A DNA stretch of 64,000 nt from an uncultured delta proteobacterium (GTDB lineage Bacteria > Myxococcota > Myxococcia > Myxococcales > Anaeromyxobacteraceae), in assembly GCA_963828255.1 (NCBI GenBank), contig CAWHDZ010000021.1, positions 32,001-96,000 on the forward strand, given 5' to 3'. How positions within the stretch are numbered: the first letter of the stretch is position 1; the number at the start of each line of letters is the position of its first letter. Below, piece after piece: positions 50,144-63,144 of the stretch. Under the pieces are notes generated by a model. That model saw nothing but the letters and a program-made list of their open reading frames with translations. It ran no database searches and was not told the DNA's origin. Both the position numbers and the translations under genes were made by a program.

Positions 50144-51676
50144 ATGGGTGATCGCATCCTTCACAACGGACTGAAGAGCAAGGTGATGTCGGCCGAGGCG
50201 GCTGCGGCGCTCATCCCGAACGGCTCGGTCGTCGGCATGTCCGGGTTCACCGGCGCCGGCTACCCCAAGGCCGTGCCCATCGCGCTCGCCAAGCGCGCGC
50301 TCGACGAGAAGCTGAAGGGCAAGGCGCTCAAGCTCGACGTCCTCACCGGCGCCTCCACCGGCCCGGAGCAGGACTCGATGATGAGCTTCGTCGAGTCGCA
50401 GCGGTTCCGCTTCCCCTACCAGGGCGACGCGGTCACCCGCGAGAAGATCAACGCCGGCATCATGGAATACCAGGACATGCACCTGTCGCACGCCGGGTCC
50501 CTGGTGCGCTACGGCTACTACGGCAAGGGCAAGAACACCATCGACTTCGCCGTCATCGAGGTCACCAAGATCAACGCCGACGGAACCCTGGTCCCGTCGT
50601 CCTCATGCGGCGCCAACAACGTCTACTTCGAGATGGCCGACAAGATCATCCTCGAGGTGAACAGCTGGCAGGACGAGCGTCTCGAGGGGATGCACGACAT
50701 CATCTCCATCCCGGGCGAGCACGGGAAGCGCGTCCCCCTGCCCATCCTGGCGACCGCCGATCGCAAGGGCTCGAAGTTCTGGAACATCGACATCAGCAAG
50801 GTGGTCGCAGTCGTCGAGTCCACCTTCCCCGACCGCAACGCCGCCTTCAAGCCGCCCGAGGACATCCACAAGCGCATCGCCGGCCACATCATCGACTTCC
50901 TCTCCGGCGAGGTGAAGGCGGGCCGTCTCTCCAAGCACCTCAACCCCCTGCAGTCGGGCGTCGGCAACATCGCCAACGCCGTGCTCGTGGGGCTCAACGA
51001 GGGGCCCTTCGAGAACATGACCAGCTACACCGAGGTCATCCAGGACGGCATGCTCGACATGCTCGACTCGGGCAAGCTCACCGTGGCGTCGGCCACCGCC
51101 TTCTCGGTCTCCCCCGAGGGGCAGATCCGCTTCAACAAGCAGATCGACGACTACCGGAAGAAGATCATCCTGCGTCCGCAGGAGATCTCCAACCACCCGG
51201 AGATCATCCGCCGCCTCGGCTGCATCGCCATGAACGGATTCGTCGAGGCCGACATCTACGGCCACGTGAACTCGACGCACATCGCCGGAAAGGGCATCGA
51301 GAACGGCATCGGCGGATCGGGTGACTTCGCCCGCAACTCGGCCTACACGATCTTCATGTCCCCGGCCACGGCCAAGGACGGGAAGATCTCGGCCATCGTG
51401 CCCTTCGCGTCGCACATCGACCACACCGAGCACGAGGTGAACGGCATCGTGACCGAGTTCGGCTTCGCCGATCTGCGCGGCCGGAGCCCCAAGGAGAAGG
51501 CCAAGGAGGTCATCGAGAAGTGCGCGGCCCCCGAGTACCGCCCCATCCTCTGGGACTACGTGAAGCGCTCGATGAAGAACCCCAGCGCCGGCCTCCACTC
51601 GCCGCACATGTTCAGCGAGGCCTTCGCGTTCCACACGCGGTACCTCCAGACCGGGGACATGCGCCCCAAGAAGTAG
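50144..51676 (+). CDS. Acetyl-CoA hydrolase / succinate CoA-transferase family
   Basis: SGFTGAGYPK, QSGVGNIANAV, TEVIQD, NGIGGSGDF; strong codon bias. Confidence 0.92.
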   Translation: MGDRILHNGLKSKVMSAEAAAALIPNGSVVGMSGFTGAGYPKAVPIALAKRALDEKLKGKALKLDVLTGASTGPEQDSMMSFVESQRFRFPYQGDAVTREKINAGIMEYQDMHLSHAGSLVRYGYYGKGKNTIDFAVIEVTKINADGTLVPSSSCGANNVYFEMADKIILEVNSWQDERLEGMHDIISIPGEHGKRVPLPILATADRKGSKFWNIDISKVVAVVESTFPDRNAAFKPPEDIHKRIAGHIIDFLSGEVKAGRLSKHLNPLQSGVGNIANAVLVGLNEGPFENMTSYTEVIQDGMLDMLDSGKLTVASATAFSVSPEGQIRFNKQIDDYRKKIILRPQEISNHPEIIRRLGCIAMNGFVEADIYGHVNSTHIAGKGIENGIGGSGDFARNSAYTIFMSPATAKDGKISAIVPFASHIDHTEHEVNGIVTEFGFADLRGRSPKEKAKEVIEKCAAPEYRPILWDYVKRSMKNPSAGLHSPHMFSEAFAFHTRYLQTGDMRPKK

Positions 51677-51700
51677 GGGCGTCATCCGCCGGGCATCCCA

Positions 51701-51729
51701 CGGCCGCTCCGGGCTCCCCGGGGCGGCCG
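51701..51729 (+). terminator. GC-rich stem-loop after the CoA-transferase gene
   Basis: CGGCCGCTCCGG...CCGGGGCGGCCG; weak U-tract. Confidence 0.4.
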
Positions 51730-51760
51730 TCCCGTTTCCGGCCGGTGGTATGGTCCGGCC

Positions 51761-52564
51761 ATGTCCCGAGACCTAGACCTCGACCTGGCCCTCGCCACCG
51801 CCCGCCGCGCCGTGGAGGCTGCCTCGGCGGCCAGCCTGGCCCACTTCCGCCGCGGGGTCCGCGTCGAGGTGAAGCCGGACCGGACCCCCGTCACCGCCGC
51901 CGACCGGGACGCCGAGGCGGCGGTGGTGGCGACCGTCCGCGCGGCCTTCCCCACCCACGCCATCCTCGGGGAGGAGACCGGCGCCCACGCCGGCGACGCC
52001 GCCACCCGCTGGATCGTGGACCCCATCGACGGGACCCGCGGTTTCACCCGTGGTGGATCCTTCTGGGGGCCGCTGGTGGCGCTGGAGCACGAGGGGCGCG
52101 TGGTGGCCGGGGCCATGGCCATGCCTGCGCTCGGCGAGGCCTACTGGGCGGCCCGCGGGCGGGGCGCCTGGATGGCGCGCGACGGCGGCGAGCCCACCCG
52201 GCTGCAGGTCTCCGGGATCGCCGACTGGGCCGAGTCCTCCCTCTCCTTCGGCGAGTTCCGCGGCGTCTTCGCCCCCGAGCGCGAGCGGGCCGTGCTGGAT
52301 CTCTGCCGGTCGGCCGCCCAGGCCCGCTGCTACGGCGACCTGGCCGGTGCGGCCATGGTGCTCACCGGGCGGGCCGAGGCCTGGGTCGAGGCCGGGGTCC
52401 AGGTCTGGGACATCGCGCCGCTCCTGGTGCTCGCCGAGGAGGCCGGCGGACGGTTCACCGACCTCTCCGGGAAGACGACGGCGGCGTCCGGGAACTGCCT
52501 GCTCTCCAACGGCCGGGTGCACGACCACGTCCTGCGGGTGCTGGCCGGGGCGGGCCCGGCTTGA
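51761..52564 (+). CDS. Inositol monophosphatase family protein (HisN-like)
   Basis: KPDRTPVTAAD, GEE, WIVDPIDGT, WDIAP. Confidence 0.88.
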   Translation: MSRDLDLDLALATARRAVEAASAASLAHFRRGVRVEVKPDRTPVTAADRDAEAAVVATVRAAFPTHAILGEETGAHAGDAATRWIVDPIDGTRGFTRGGSFWGPLVALEHEGRVVAGAMAMPALGEAYWAARGRGAWMARDGGEPTRLQVSGIADWAESSLSFGEFRGVFAPERERAVLDLCRSAAQARCYGDLAGAAMVLTGRAEAWVEAGVQVWDIAPLLVLAEEAGGRFTDLSGKTTAASGNCLLSNGRVHDHVLRVLAGAGPA

Positions 52565-52570
52565 ACCGCA

Positions 52571-54055
52571 TCACGCGCCGGCGCGCCGGAAGAGGTCCAC
52601 CACGGCCCCCTCGCGACCGGCGGCACGGGCGCGGCCGCGCGACCACTCCCGCAGGGCCTTGATCTCCTCCTCGTAGGTCTTGAAGAGCGGCACCAGGTCC
52701 TGGGCGACGCGGCGCAGGTCGGCCATCTCGAGATCCCGCCCCTGCGCGAAGGCCCGGTGCATGGCTCCCACCACCACCTGCTCGAGCTCCGCGCCGGAGA
52801 AGTTCTCGCAGGCGTCGGCCAGCAGGGGCAGGTCGAACCGCTCCGGCGCGCGCCCGCGCTTGCGCAGGTGCAGGGCCAGGATGGCCCGGCGGGAGGCGGC
52901 GTCGGGGAGGTCCACGAAGAAGAGCTCGTCGAAGCGCCCGCGCCGGAGCAGCTCGGGCGGGAGGCGCGACACGTCGTTCGCGGTGGCCACGGCGAAGACC
53001 GCCCCGGCCCGCTCCTGCAGCCAGGTGGAGAAGGATCCCAGCAGCCGGGCGGCCCGCGAGTCGGAACCCTGCCCCGGCCCGCTCCCCGCGAAGGCCTTCT
53101 CGATCTCGTCCACCCAGACGGCCACCGGCGCCACCGCCTCGGCCGCGGCGAGCGCGCGGGCCAGGTTCTCCTCGGCTCCCTCGGCCGCTCCCATCACCCG
53201 GGGCAGGTCGAGCCGGAGCAGCGGAACCCCGAGCTGCGAGGCCGCGACCTTGGCGGCGAGCGACTTGCCGCACCCCTGCACGCCGACCAGCAGGACCCCG
53301 CGGGGCGCCGGGAGCCCGAAGCGCCGGGCCCCGGGGGCGAAGGCCTGGGCTCGCTCCTCCATCCACGCCTTGAAGCTCTCCAGCCCTCCCAGGGCGTCGG
53401 CCGCCTCGAGCGTCTCGACCAGCTCGAGCCCCAGGTCCCGGGAGAGGATGCGCTTCTTCTCCTCGAGCACCATGTCGGCGCCCTTCTGGCCCAGGGCCGG
53501 GTCGGCGTGGAGCGCCCGGAGGAAGGCCCGGCCGGCCTGCGTCTCGGTGAGCCCCCGGGCCGCCACCAGAACCCGGTGACGGTCCACCATGCTCTCCGCG
53601 CCCGGGGGCGCGAGGCCGTCGAGCAGCGCCGACAGCTCCACCTCTCCGGGGAGTGGCAGCCGCAGGACGGCCGCCTCGGAGGCGAGGCCGTCGGGCAGGA
53701 CCAGGCGGGGCGCGACGATGACCAGGCAGCGCCCCTCGGCGGTGAGTCGCGGGAGCGCGTCGCGGATGGTCCGCACCACGGAAGGGTCGGCGAGCGCCTC
53801 GTGGAAGTCGAGCAGCACGGCCATGAAGGGGGCCGGGGCCTTCAGGACGGCCTGGATGGCGGCGACGGGGGTCCGCGCCTCGGGGGCGATGGGCTCGAGC
53901 CCGCGCTCGCTCGACCAGACGGCCACGTTGGCGTCCTTCTCGTCGGCGGCGGCGCGGCAGACCGCCACCGCCCGGGCCTCCTCCACGGTGACGAGGTAGA
54001 GGATGGGCGTTCCCACCGCCCAGAGCTCCCCGACCTCCGCCTCGGGCGTCCTCAT
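52571..54055 (-). CDS. AAA ATPase (Ycf46-like)
   Basis: GVQGCGKS Walker A, WVDEIEK Walker B, LPPELLRRGRFDE; degenerate N-terminal domain. Confidence 0.85.
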   Translation of the reverse strand: MRTPEAEVGELWAVGTPILYLVTVEEARAVAVCRAAADEKDANVAVWSSERGLEPIAPEARTPVAAIQAVLKAPAPFMAVLLDFHEALADPSVVRTIRDALPRLTAEGRCLVIVAPRLVLPDGLASEAAVLRLPLPGEVELSALLDGLAPPGAESMVDRHRVLVAARGLTETQAGRAFLRALHADPALGQKGADMVLEEKKRILSRDLGLELVETLEAADALGGLESFKAWMEERAQAFAPGARRFGLPAPRGVLLVGVQGCGKSLAAKVAASQLGVPLLRLDLPRVMGAAEGAEENLARALAAAEAVAPVAVWVDEIEKAFAGSGPGQGSDSRAARLLGSFSTWLQERAGAVFAVATANDVSRLPPELLRRGRFDELFFVDLPDAASRRAILALHLRKRGRAPERFDLPLLADACENFSGAELEQVVVGAMHRAFAQGRDLEMADLRRVAQDLVPLFKTYEEEIKALREWSRGRARAAGREGAVVDLFRRAGA

Positions 54056-55875
54056 GCGCCCCCCTCCGAGTCCGCGGTGGAACGCATGGCCTCCTCGAAG
54101 GAGGTCGCCCCCGACGCCACCTTGAGGACGGCGTGCTCGCGGAGCGTGCGCAGCCCGTCCTGCCGTGCGGTGCGGGCCAGCACCTCGGGCGTCGCCGCCT
54201 CGGCGATGAGGTGGCGCAACCGGTGGTTCACGGCCAGGATCTCGTAGATCCCGGTGCGTCCGAAGTAGCCGGTGTAGCGGCACTTGGGGCAACCCAGGCC
54301 GCGCCGGGCGATGAGCTTGCCGGCGTGCTCCTCGGGGTGGCGCACGCCCAGCTCGGCCACCTGGTCGGCGGTGAGGAGCACGTCCTCGGCGCAGTTCGGG
54401 CACACCCCGCGGACCAGCCGCTGGGCGATCACGCCGGTGAGGGTGGCGGCGATGAGGAACCCCGGCACTCCCAGGTCGCGCAGGCGGGCCACCGCCCCCA
54501 CCGCGTCGCTGGTGTGGAGGGTGGTGAGCACGAGGTGGCCGGTGAGTGCCGCCTGGACGGCCTGCGTGGCGGTCTCCCCGTCCCGGACCTCCCCCACCAT
54601 GATCACGTCGGGGTCCTGGCGCAGGACGTGGCGCAGCGCCTCGGCGAAGCCCGTGCCGGTCTTGGGGTTGGCGGCGATCTGGTTGAACTCCTCGTGAACC
54701 ATCTCGATGGGATCCTCGATGGTCACGATGTTGATCTCGGGCGAGGCCAGCGCCTCCAGCGCCGAGTAGAGGGTGGTGGTCTTGCCCGACCCGGTGGGGC
54801 CGGTGACGACGACGAGGCCGTGCGGCCGCTCCAGCCAGCGCTCGAATCGGTCCCGCTCGTCGGGGAGGAAGCCCAGCTCGGAGAGGTCGCGCACCAGGAC
54901 CTGCTGGTCGAGGATGCGCACCACGATCTTGTCGCCAAAGGCGGTGGGAATCGTGGAGACGCGCAGCTCCATCTCGGTCTCGCCCCGCGCCGTGCGGATG
55001 CGCCCGTCCTGGGGGCGGCGGGCGGCGATGTCGAGGCGGCTCATGATCTTGAGCCGGTTGGCGATGGCGCCGTGCACGCTCTTGGGGATCCGGTAGACCG
55101 GGTGCAGGACCCCGTCGATGCGCATGCGGATGAGGGTCTCCTCCCGCCGGGGCTCGACGTGGATGTCGCTGGCCCGCTGCTCGAACGCGTAGTGGAAGAG
55201 GTACTCGACGGCGGCCACGATGGGCTCGCTCGAGGCCTCGAGCGCGTCCATGCCGGAGAGGTTGACGAACTGCTCCAGGTTGCTGACGTCCACCACCCCG
55301 CCGGTGACCTGGATCTGGGCTTCCTTGATCTGCTCCCTGAAGCCGTAGATCTCGGCGATGGCCCGGCTGATGTCGGACGGCGCGGAGAGCACCGGCTCGA
55401 TGGCCATGCCGGTGAGCCCGTGGAGGTTCTCGAAGAGCTCCTTGTCGAAAGGGTTGGCGGTGGCCACGACCAGCACGCCGTTCTTCTTCTCCAGCGGCAG
55501 CACCGCGTGCTTGCGGGCGAAGGGACGGGAGAGGGTCCGGGTGATGAGCTGCACGTCGAGCTTGAGGGGGTCGATCTTCACGTAGGGCAGGCCGATGGAC
55601 TCGGCCAGCGCCTTCGTGGCCCTGTCCTCGTCGACGCGATCGGCCTCGCGCCGTGCGTCGGAGAAGCCGAAGGAGGCCAGCAACTCGACGGGGGAGAGGT
55701 CGGCCCTGCGCAGCGCGCCACCTCCCCGCTGGGGGGTTTCCCGGAGCAGCCTGGCCCGCTGGACGTTCTCCCGTGCGGAGGCCGTGCGGTGGTCCTCCTC
55801 CCGCAGGATCCCCTTCTTCTGGAGCGCGTCGGCGACGAACTCCAGCGTGAAGTCGCTGGCGCGATGGCTTCGCAT
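54052..55875 (-). CDS. GspE/PulE/PilB family secretion ATPase
   Basis: ASDIHVEP, GPTGSGKTTT, TIEDPIE, RQDPDVIMVGEVRD, Zn-binding CPNC/CPKC. Confidence 0.92.
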   Translation of the reverse strand: MRSHRASDFTLEFVADALQKKGILREEDHRTASARENVQRARLLRETPQRGGGALRRADLSPVELLASFGFSDARREADRVDEDRATKALAESIGLPYVKIDPLKLDVQLITRTLSRPFARKHAVLPLEKKNGVLVVATANPFDKELFENLHGLTGMAIEPVLSAPSDISRAIAEIYGFREQIKEAQIQVTGGVVDVSNLEQFVNLSGMDALEASSEPIVAAVEYLFHYAFEQRASDIHVEPRREETLIRMRIDGVLHPVYRIPKSVHGAIANRLKIMSRLDIAARRPQDGRIRTARGETEMELRVSTIPTAFGDKIVVRILDQQVLVRDLSELGFLPDERDRFERWLERPHGLVVVTGPTGSGKTTTLYSALEALASPEINIVTIEDPIEMVHEEFNQIAANPKTGTGFAEALRHVLRQDPDVIMVGEVRDGETATQAVQAALTGHLVLTTLHTSDAVGAVARLRDLGVPGFLIAATLTGVIAQRLVRGVCPNCAEDVLLTADQVAELGVRHPEEHAGKLIARRGLGCPKCRYTGYFGRTGIYEILAVNHRLRHLIAEAATPEVLARTARQDGLRTLREHAVLKVASGATSFEEAMRSTADSEGGA

Positions 55876-55980
55876 GAACGCGAGGATCCTATCGCGACGC
55901 GCCCCGGGGGGCGAGGTTGCGACCCTTCCGCTATCTGGCGATTCCGCTGGTTCCGCGCGACCGCGCGGAGGTCAGATGGC

Positions 55981-56184
55981 TCAACCGACCGGACCGCAGT
56001 TCGCCGAGGAGGCGGCCGAGCCGCCATCCCCGCCGGAGCGGGCCGCCGCCGGGCGGGAGATCTTCTTCTCGACCCGCTTCCCCTTGCAACTCGGGCAGCG
56101 GACGTCGTCCTCGTCGGAGCGGCGCATGACCAGCTCCTCGAAGGACCGGTCGCAGGCCTTGCAGGCGTACTCGTAGATGGGCAT
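55981..56184 (-). CDS. FmdB family zinc ribbon protein
   Basis: MPIYEYACKAC...CPSC. Confidence 0.9.
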   Translation of the reverse strand: MPIYEYACKACDRSFEELVMRRSDEDDVRCPSCKGKRVEKKISRPAAARSGGDGGSAASSANCGPVG

Positions 56185-56228
56185 CGGGAGTGGGAGCCCG
56201 CCGGGGTGGGAAGGGTTCGGCGCCGCCC

Positions 56229-56834
56229 CTACTTCTTCCGCTGGGTCTTCCCGCCGGACCTGGCCACCTTCTTCGGGGGCGGGGACATGTCCCCGCGGAG
56301 CCGGTCGGCCTCGCGATCGTAGAGCCGGATGGCCCCGCGAAGGACCTCCAGCGCCTCCGCCCTCCCCTGCGGCTCGCGGACCAGGACCTTCTTGTGCTCC
56401 AGCGCCTTGTAGTCCTCGAAGAAGCGCTTGAGCTCCCGCATCCGGTGGGTGGGCATCTCGGAGATGTCGGAGATGTCGGCGTACTCGGGGTCGTCGGCGG
56501 AGACGGCGACGAGCTTGTCGTCCTCCCCCTTGTCGTCCCGCATGCGCATCACGCCGATGACCTTGGCCTGCATGATGGCGAGCGGCACGATGTGCTCCTG
56601 GCAGTAGACCAGGATGTCGAGGGGGTCCCCGTCGTCGCAGTAGGTGCGGGGCACGAACCCGTAGTTGGCCGGGTAGTGGACGGCGCTGAAGAGGATGCGG
56701 TCCACGCGCAAGAGCCCGCTGGCCTTGTCCAGCTCGTACTTCACCTTGGAGCCGGTGGGGATCTCGATGATGGCCGGGATGGCCTCCTCCACGTAGCGGG
56801 GGAGTTCCACGTCGTGCCACGGGTGGAAGGACAT
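56229..56834 (-). CDS. ppa: Inorganic pyrophosphatase (family I)
   Basis: [31 protein letters not shown]. Confidence 0.95.
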   Translation of the reverse strand: MSFHPWHDVELPRYVEEAIPAIIEIPTGSKVKYELDKASGLLRVDRILFSAVHYPANYGFVPRTYCDDGDPLDILVYCQEHIVPLAIMQAKVIGVMRMRDDKGEDDKLVAVSADDPEYADISDISEMPTHRMRELKRFFEDYKALEHKKVLVREPQGRAEALEVLRGAIRLYDREADRLRGDMSPPPKKVARSGGKTQRKK

Positions 56835-56870
56835 TCGATTCTCCGGTGAGACGGGGAAGGCGGACCGGGG

Positions 56871-57761
56871 CTATCCCCGCTCCACCGGGGCTTCCTGCGT
56901 GACCTTGCTGCCGGGCGGCACCGCGTGGGTGAGCCAGACGTTTCCGCCGATGCTGGAGCCCTTGCCGATGACGATGCGACCCAGGATGGTGGCGCCCGAG
57001 TACATCACCACTTCATCCTCCACGATGGGGTGCCGGTCGATGCCCTTGATGGGTTTGCCGTGCTCGTCGAGGGGAAAGCTCTTCGCGCCCAGGGTCACGC
57101 CCTGGTAGATGCGCACGCGGTTGCCGATGACGCTGGTCTCGCCGATGACCACCCCGGTGCCGTGGTCGATGAAGAAGCGCTCCCCGATGCGAGCGCCCGG
57201 GTGGATGTCGATCCCGGTGATGGTGTGGGCGTACTCGGTGATGATGCGCGGGATGAGCGGCACGCCCAGGACGTGCAGCTCGTGGGCCATGCGCTGGTTC
57301 GTCACCGCGAAGATCCCCGGGTAGGCGAAGATGGCCTCGTCGCGGGTGCGCAGGGCGGGATCTCCCTCGAACGCCGCCTCCACGTCGCTCGCCACCAGGC
57401 GGCGCACCGCGGGCAGGCGGCCCACGAACTTCCGGGTGGCCTCGGAGGCGGCGACCGCGCAGTGGGCGCAGGCCTCGAAGTCGTGCTTCTCGGCGAAGGC
57501 GACGGCGCGACGGATCTCCTCGTCGAGCACCACCCGCATGCGGTCGAGGGTGGCGCCGATGTGGAAGGAGAGCGTGTCGCCGCGCAGGTCCTGGGTCCCG
57601 AAGTACCCCGGGAAGAAGAGCGACCGGACGTCCTCGACGATGGCGATGACCCGCTCGCGGGACGGCAGCACCATCCGGTAGTGGCCGGACAGCACGTGCT
57701 GGGCCTCGCGGCAGAGCTCGTCCACGATGGGCTGGATGGGGGAGTCGTCGGGCGGGGTCAT
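56871..57761 (-). CDS. cysE: Serine O-acetyltransferase
   Basis: [38 protein letters not shown]. Confidence 0.92.
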   Translation of the reverse strand: MTPPDDSPIQPIVDELCREAQHVLSGHYRMVLPSRERVIAIVEDVRSLFFPGYFGTQDLRGDTLSFHIGATLDRMRVVLDEEIRRAVAFAEKHDFEACAHCAVAASEATRKFVGRLPAVRRLVASDVEAAFEGDPALRTRDEAIFAYPGIFAVTNQRMAHELHVLGVPLIPRIITEYAHTITGIDIHPGARIGERFFIDHGTGVVIGETSVIGNRVRIYQGVTLGAKSFPLDEHGKPIKGIDRHPIVEDEVVMYSGATILGRIVIGKGSSIGGNVWLTHAVPPGSKVTQEAPVERG

Positions 57762-59803
57762 TGGTTCCTCCGGGAGCCTGGATTCATACGTTCCTCGCCG
57801 TCCCCGGGCAACCTCCCCGCCTCCGGAGGGTGGAAGAACTCCCGGACCGCGCGGGCCTGGGCCTCCCCCAGCCCCTCGACCCGGGCGATCTCCTCCACGG
57901 TCGCGTCACGGACCCTGCGCAGGGATCCGAAGTGGCGGAGCAGCGCCTTGCGGCGCAGCTCCCCGATTCCGGGGATCTCGTCGAGTCCGGAGCGGAGCGT
58001 GCGGGCGCGCCGCAGCTTGCGGTGGAACTCGATGGCGAAGCGGTGGGCCTCGTCGCGGAGCCGCACCAGTAGATAAAGCTCGGCGGAGTTCTGCCGCAGC
58101 ACCACCGGGTCCTTGCGCCCCGGCAGGAAGACCCGCTCCGGCGTCCGCGCCGCCTCGGCCACGAACCCCTTGCCGGCCCGCTCGGCCGCATCGGCCAGCC
58201 CCGCGCTGCGGGCCGAGCGGCGCGACACGACCCGGGTGGTGGAGAGCGCCGCCACGTCGAGCGTCCGGCTCTTGGCGAGCCCCACCATCTGCACGAAGGG
58301 CAGCCCCGGGTTGCCCGGGTCGGGGCGGGTGGCGACCCCCAGGTCCTTGGCCGCCGCCAGCGCCGCCGACAGCTGCCCCTTGCCTCCGTCGATGACGAGA
58401 AGGTCGGGCATGGCCTCCTCGGCGAGCGCCCTCCGGAGCCTCCGGGTGATCACCTCGTGCAGCATGGCGAAGTCGTCCTGGCCGGCCACGCCCTTCACCC
58501 GGTAGCGCCGGTACCCCTCCTTGTCGGGCTCGCCGTCACGCATGGAGACGCCCGAGCCGACCGCCATCGACCCCTGGAAGGTGGAGATGTCGAAGCACTC
58601 CATCCAGCGCGGTTCCCGGTGGAGCGACAGCGCCCGGGTCAAGGCCGCCAGCGCATCGGAGCGCTTCACCCCCTCCTCGCGCCAGTTCTTGAACGACTGG
58701 ATGGCGTTCCGGTTGGCCACGTCGAGAAGGTCGGCCTTGGCCCCTCGCCGGGGGAAGAGGAGCCGCACCTTCCTTCCGCGCCGATCCGAGAGCACCTCGG
58801 CCAGCGCGTCGGCGTTCACGGGCTCGATGGGGAGCAGCACCTCGTCGGGGGGGTCGATCCGCTCGTAGTGGAGGGAAAGGAAGGAGGAGAGCAACTCGTC
58901 CCCGGGGAACTCCTGGCCGGAGAACGGGTAGGCCCGCGAGTCGAGGAGCTTCCCGCCGCGCATGGAGAGGACCTGGAAGACCAGGTCGGGCCCCTCGCGG
59001 TGGATGCCCAGCACGTCCCGGTCGGCCAGGTCGCCCATGAAGACCCGCTGGGTCTCCAGGCTGCGCTCCACGGCGCGCAGCTGGTCGCGCAGCCGGGCCG
59101 CCTCCTCGAACCTCGTGGCCGCGGCGGCCTCGCGCATGCGCTCCTGGAGGCGCCCGGTGAGCTCCCCTTCCCTCCCCTCCAGGAAGGCCACCGCGTCCTC
59201 CACGCTGCGCGCGTACTCGCCGTCGGGGAGCTCGTAGACGCAGGGGGCCGGGCAGCGGTGGATCTGGAAGAGGATGCAGGGGCGCTTGCGGTGGTCGAGG
59301 ACGTGGTCGGTGCAGGTGCGCAGCTGGAACCAGCGGTTCACGAGGCGCAGGGTCTCGCGGATGGAGCTGGCGCTGGAGTAGGGGCCGAACCAGCGCGCCC
59401 CGTCGTCCTTGCGCGCCCGGGCCCGGGCCACCTCGATGCGCGGGAAGGGGTGGCGCCGGTCGAGCCGGAGGACGATGAAGTCCTTGTCGTCCCGCAGCTG
59501 GACGTTGAAGCGGGGCCGGTGCTTCTTGATGAGCTCGTTCTCGAGGAGCACCGCCTCCTTCTCGGAGCGGGTCACGACGACGTCGATGTCGCCGAGCAGG
59601 TCGTCGAGCAGCGGGATGAAGTGCCGGTCGTCGCCCCCGGCGGCGTCGAAGTAGCTGCGGACCCGGGAGCGGAGCGATGAGGCCTTCCCCACGTAGACCA
59701 CCTTCGACTGGCGGTCCTTCATGAGGTACACGCCGGGCGCGGCGGGGAGCTCGTCGAGCTTCTTGCGGAGGGCGGGGTCCACGGTCGGGGGAAGTGTAGC
59801 CAA
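57758..59803 (-). CDS. uvrC: Excinuclease ABC subunit C
   Basis: GIY-YIG ([14 protein letters not shown]), [21 protein letters not shown], HhH. Confidence 0.96.
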   Translation of the reverse strand: MATLPPTVDPALRKKLDELPAAPGVYLMKDRQSKVVYVGKASSLRSRVRSYFDAAGGDDRHFIPLLDDLLGDIDVVVTRSEKEAVLLENELIKKHRPRFNVQLRDDKDFIVLRLDRRHPFPRIEVARARARKDDGARWFGPYSSASSIRETLRLVNRWFQLRTCTDHVLDHRKRPCILFQIHRCPAPCVYELPDGEYARSVEDAVAFLEGREGELTGRLQERMREAAAATRFEEAARLRDQLRAVERSLETQRVFMGDLADRDVLGIHREGPDLVFQVLSMRGGKLLDSRAYPFSGQEFPGDELLSSFLSLHYERIDPPDEVLLPIEPVNADALAEVLSDRRGRKVRLLFPRRGAKADLLDVANRNAIQSFKNWREEGVKRSDALAALTRALSLHREPRWMECFDISTFQGSMAVGSGVSMRDGEPDKEGYRRYRVKGVAGQDDFAMLHEVITRRLRRALAEEAMPDLLVIDGGKGQLSAALAAAKDLGVATRPDPGNPGLPFVQMVGLAKSRTLDVAALSTTRVVSRRSARSAGLADAAERAGKGFVAEAARTPERVFLPGRKDPVVLRQNSAELYLLVRLRDEAHRFAIEFHRKLRRARTLRSGLDEIPGIGELRRKALLRHFGSLRRVRDATVEEIARVEGLGEAQARAVREFFHPPEAGRLPGDGEERMNPGSRRNQ

Positions 59804-61004
59804 GAACCTACGGCCGGGACAGGACGCCTCAGCGCATCGAACCGTACGTTCCGCGGACCTTCGGCCAGATGGGGCGTGCGCAAACGCCTCTATTGACAGC
59901 GTTTCCGTGAGATTTGCTTCCCGTGAAGCGGCGGCTGAAGGAATGCCCCTGTCGCTTCGCCACGGGCTCGCTGGGGCCCTTCCGGAATTCCTGGCGAGGT
60001 TCGAGATCTTCCGGCGGAAGGACGCGGCGGAGGGGATCCTCGTGCGTTCCAGGAGGCTCGAAACTCACGTGCGACAGTACTTTCATGACCGACGACACCC
60101 TTCTCGAGGCCCGCTCCTTCCACTCCCGGCTCATCGATCTCCTCCGGGTCGAGTTCGCCTCCCTGGGCGCCTTCCTCGAGGCGCTGGCGGAGTTCGACCG
60201 GCGAAAGCTCTTCCGCACCCTCGGCCACGCGGACCTCTTCGCCTATCTCCACAAGGGGCTGAAGCTCTCCCGCGCGGCGGCTCATCACCGGCGCGCCGCC
60301 GCCTGGCTGGTCCAGCGATTCCCAGAGGTTCTGCACCCGATCCGCGAGGGGAACCTGTGCTTCACAACAGCGGCGGAGCTGAAGCCCCGGACGGTGGTGC
60401 CGACGAGGACGGTTGTCACCCGGGTGGAGACGTCTCCGCCGGTGGGCCCGGTCGCGGAGGTGAAGCGGACGGTTCCGGAAATTCGCCCAGGCGAACTTTG
60501 GGCGCCCCGGACGGAGGTGGAGCGGACAGTCGTCGAGCCGATGACCGCCACGTCGAGCCGGATGCACGTGACCGTGTCGCGGGAGTTCCTGGCTCTCTTG
60601 AAGAAGGCAAAGGCGGGGGACTCCCACCGCAATCCAGGAGCGTCCGACGAGGAGGTCCTCACCGCGGCGCTGCTGTTGCTCATCGAGAAGCAGGCGAAGC
60701 GGAAGGCCTGCGTGCCGGCCGAGGTGAAACGTGAGGTCGTGAAGCGGGACGGGGGCAAGTGCCAGTGGAAGTTGGCCGATGGAGGAGTCTGCGGGGCGAC
60801 GGTGCGGCTGGAGGTGGACCACGTGGTTCCGCGCGGGAGGGGTGGCCCGTCGACGGTCGAGAACTGTAGATTGCTCTGCATGGGGCACAACCTGGAAGCG
60901 GCGCGGCAGGCGTACGGCGACGCGCACATGGACCTGTTCACCAGGGGTGGAGCAACCGGCGTCCCCCCACTGGCCAGGGAGGAGATCGTGCCGTACGGCG
61001 CCCC

Positions 61005-63092
<2,088 letters not shown>

Positions 63093-63144
63093 CGGACGAT
63101 CCTAACGCCCGGCGCCCCCGGGTTCAGCGGGACGGCGCCCGCGC

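Noticed and set aside
59836..59852. LexA (SOS) box upstream of uvrC, GAAC-CGTAC-GTTC
   Set aside because: The spacer is 5 nt rather than the 4 nt of GAAC-N4-GTTC-type boxes and the flanks match poorly; not supportable without a motif scan.
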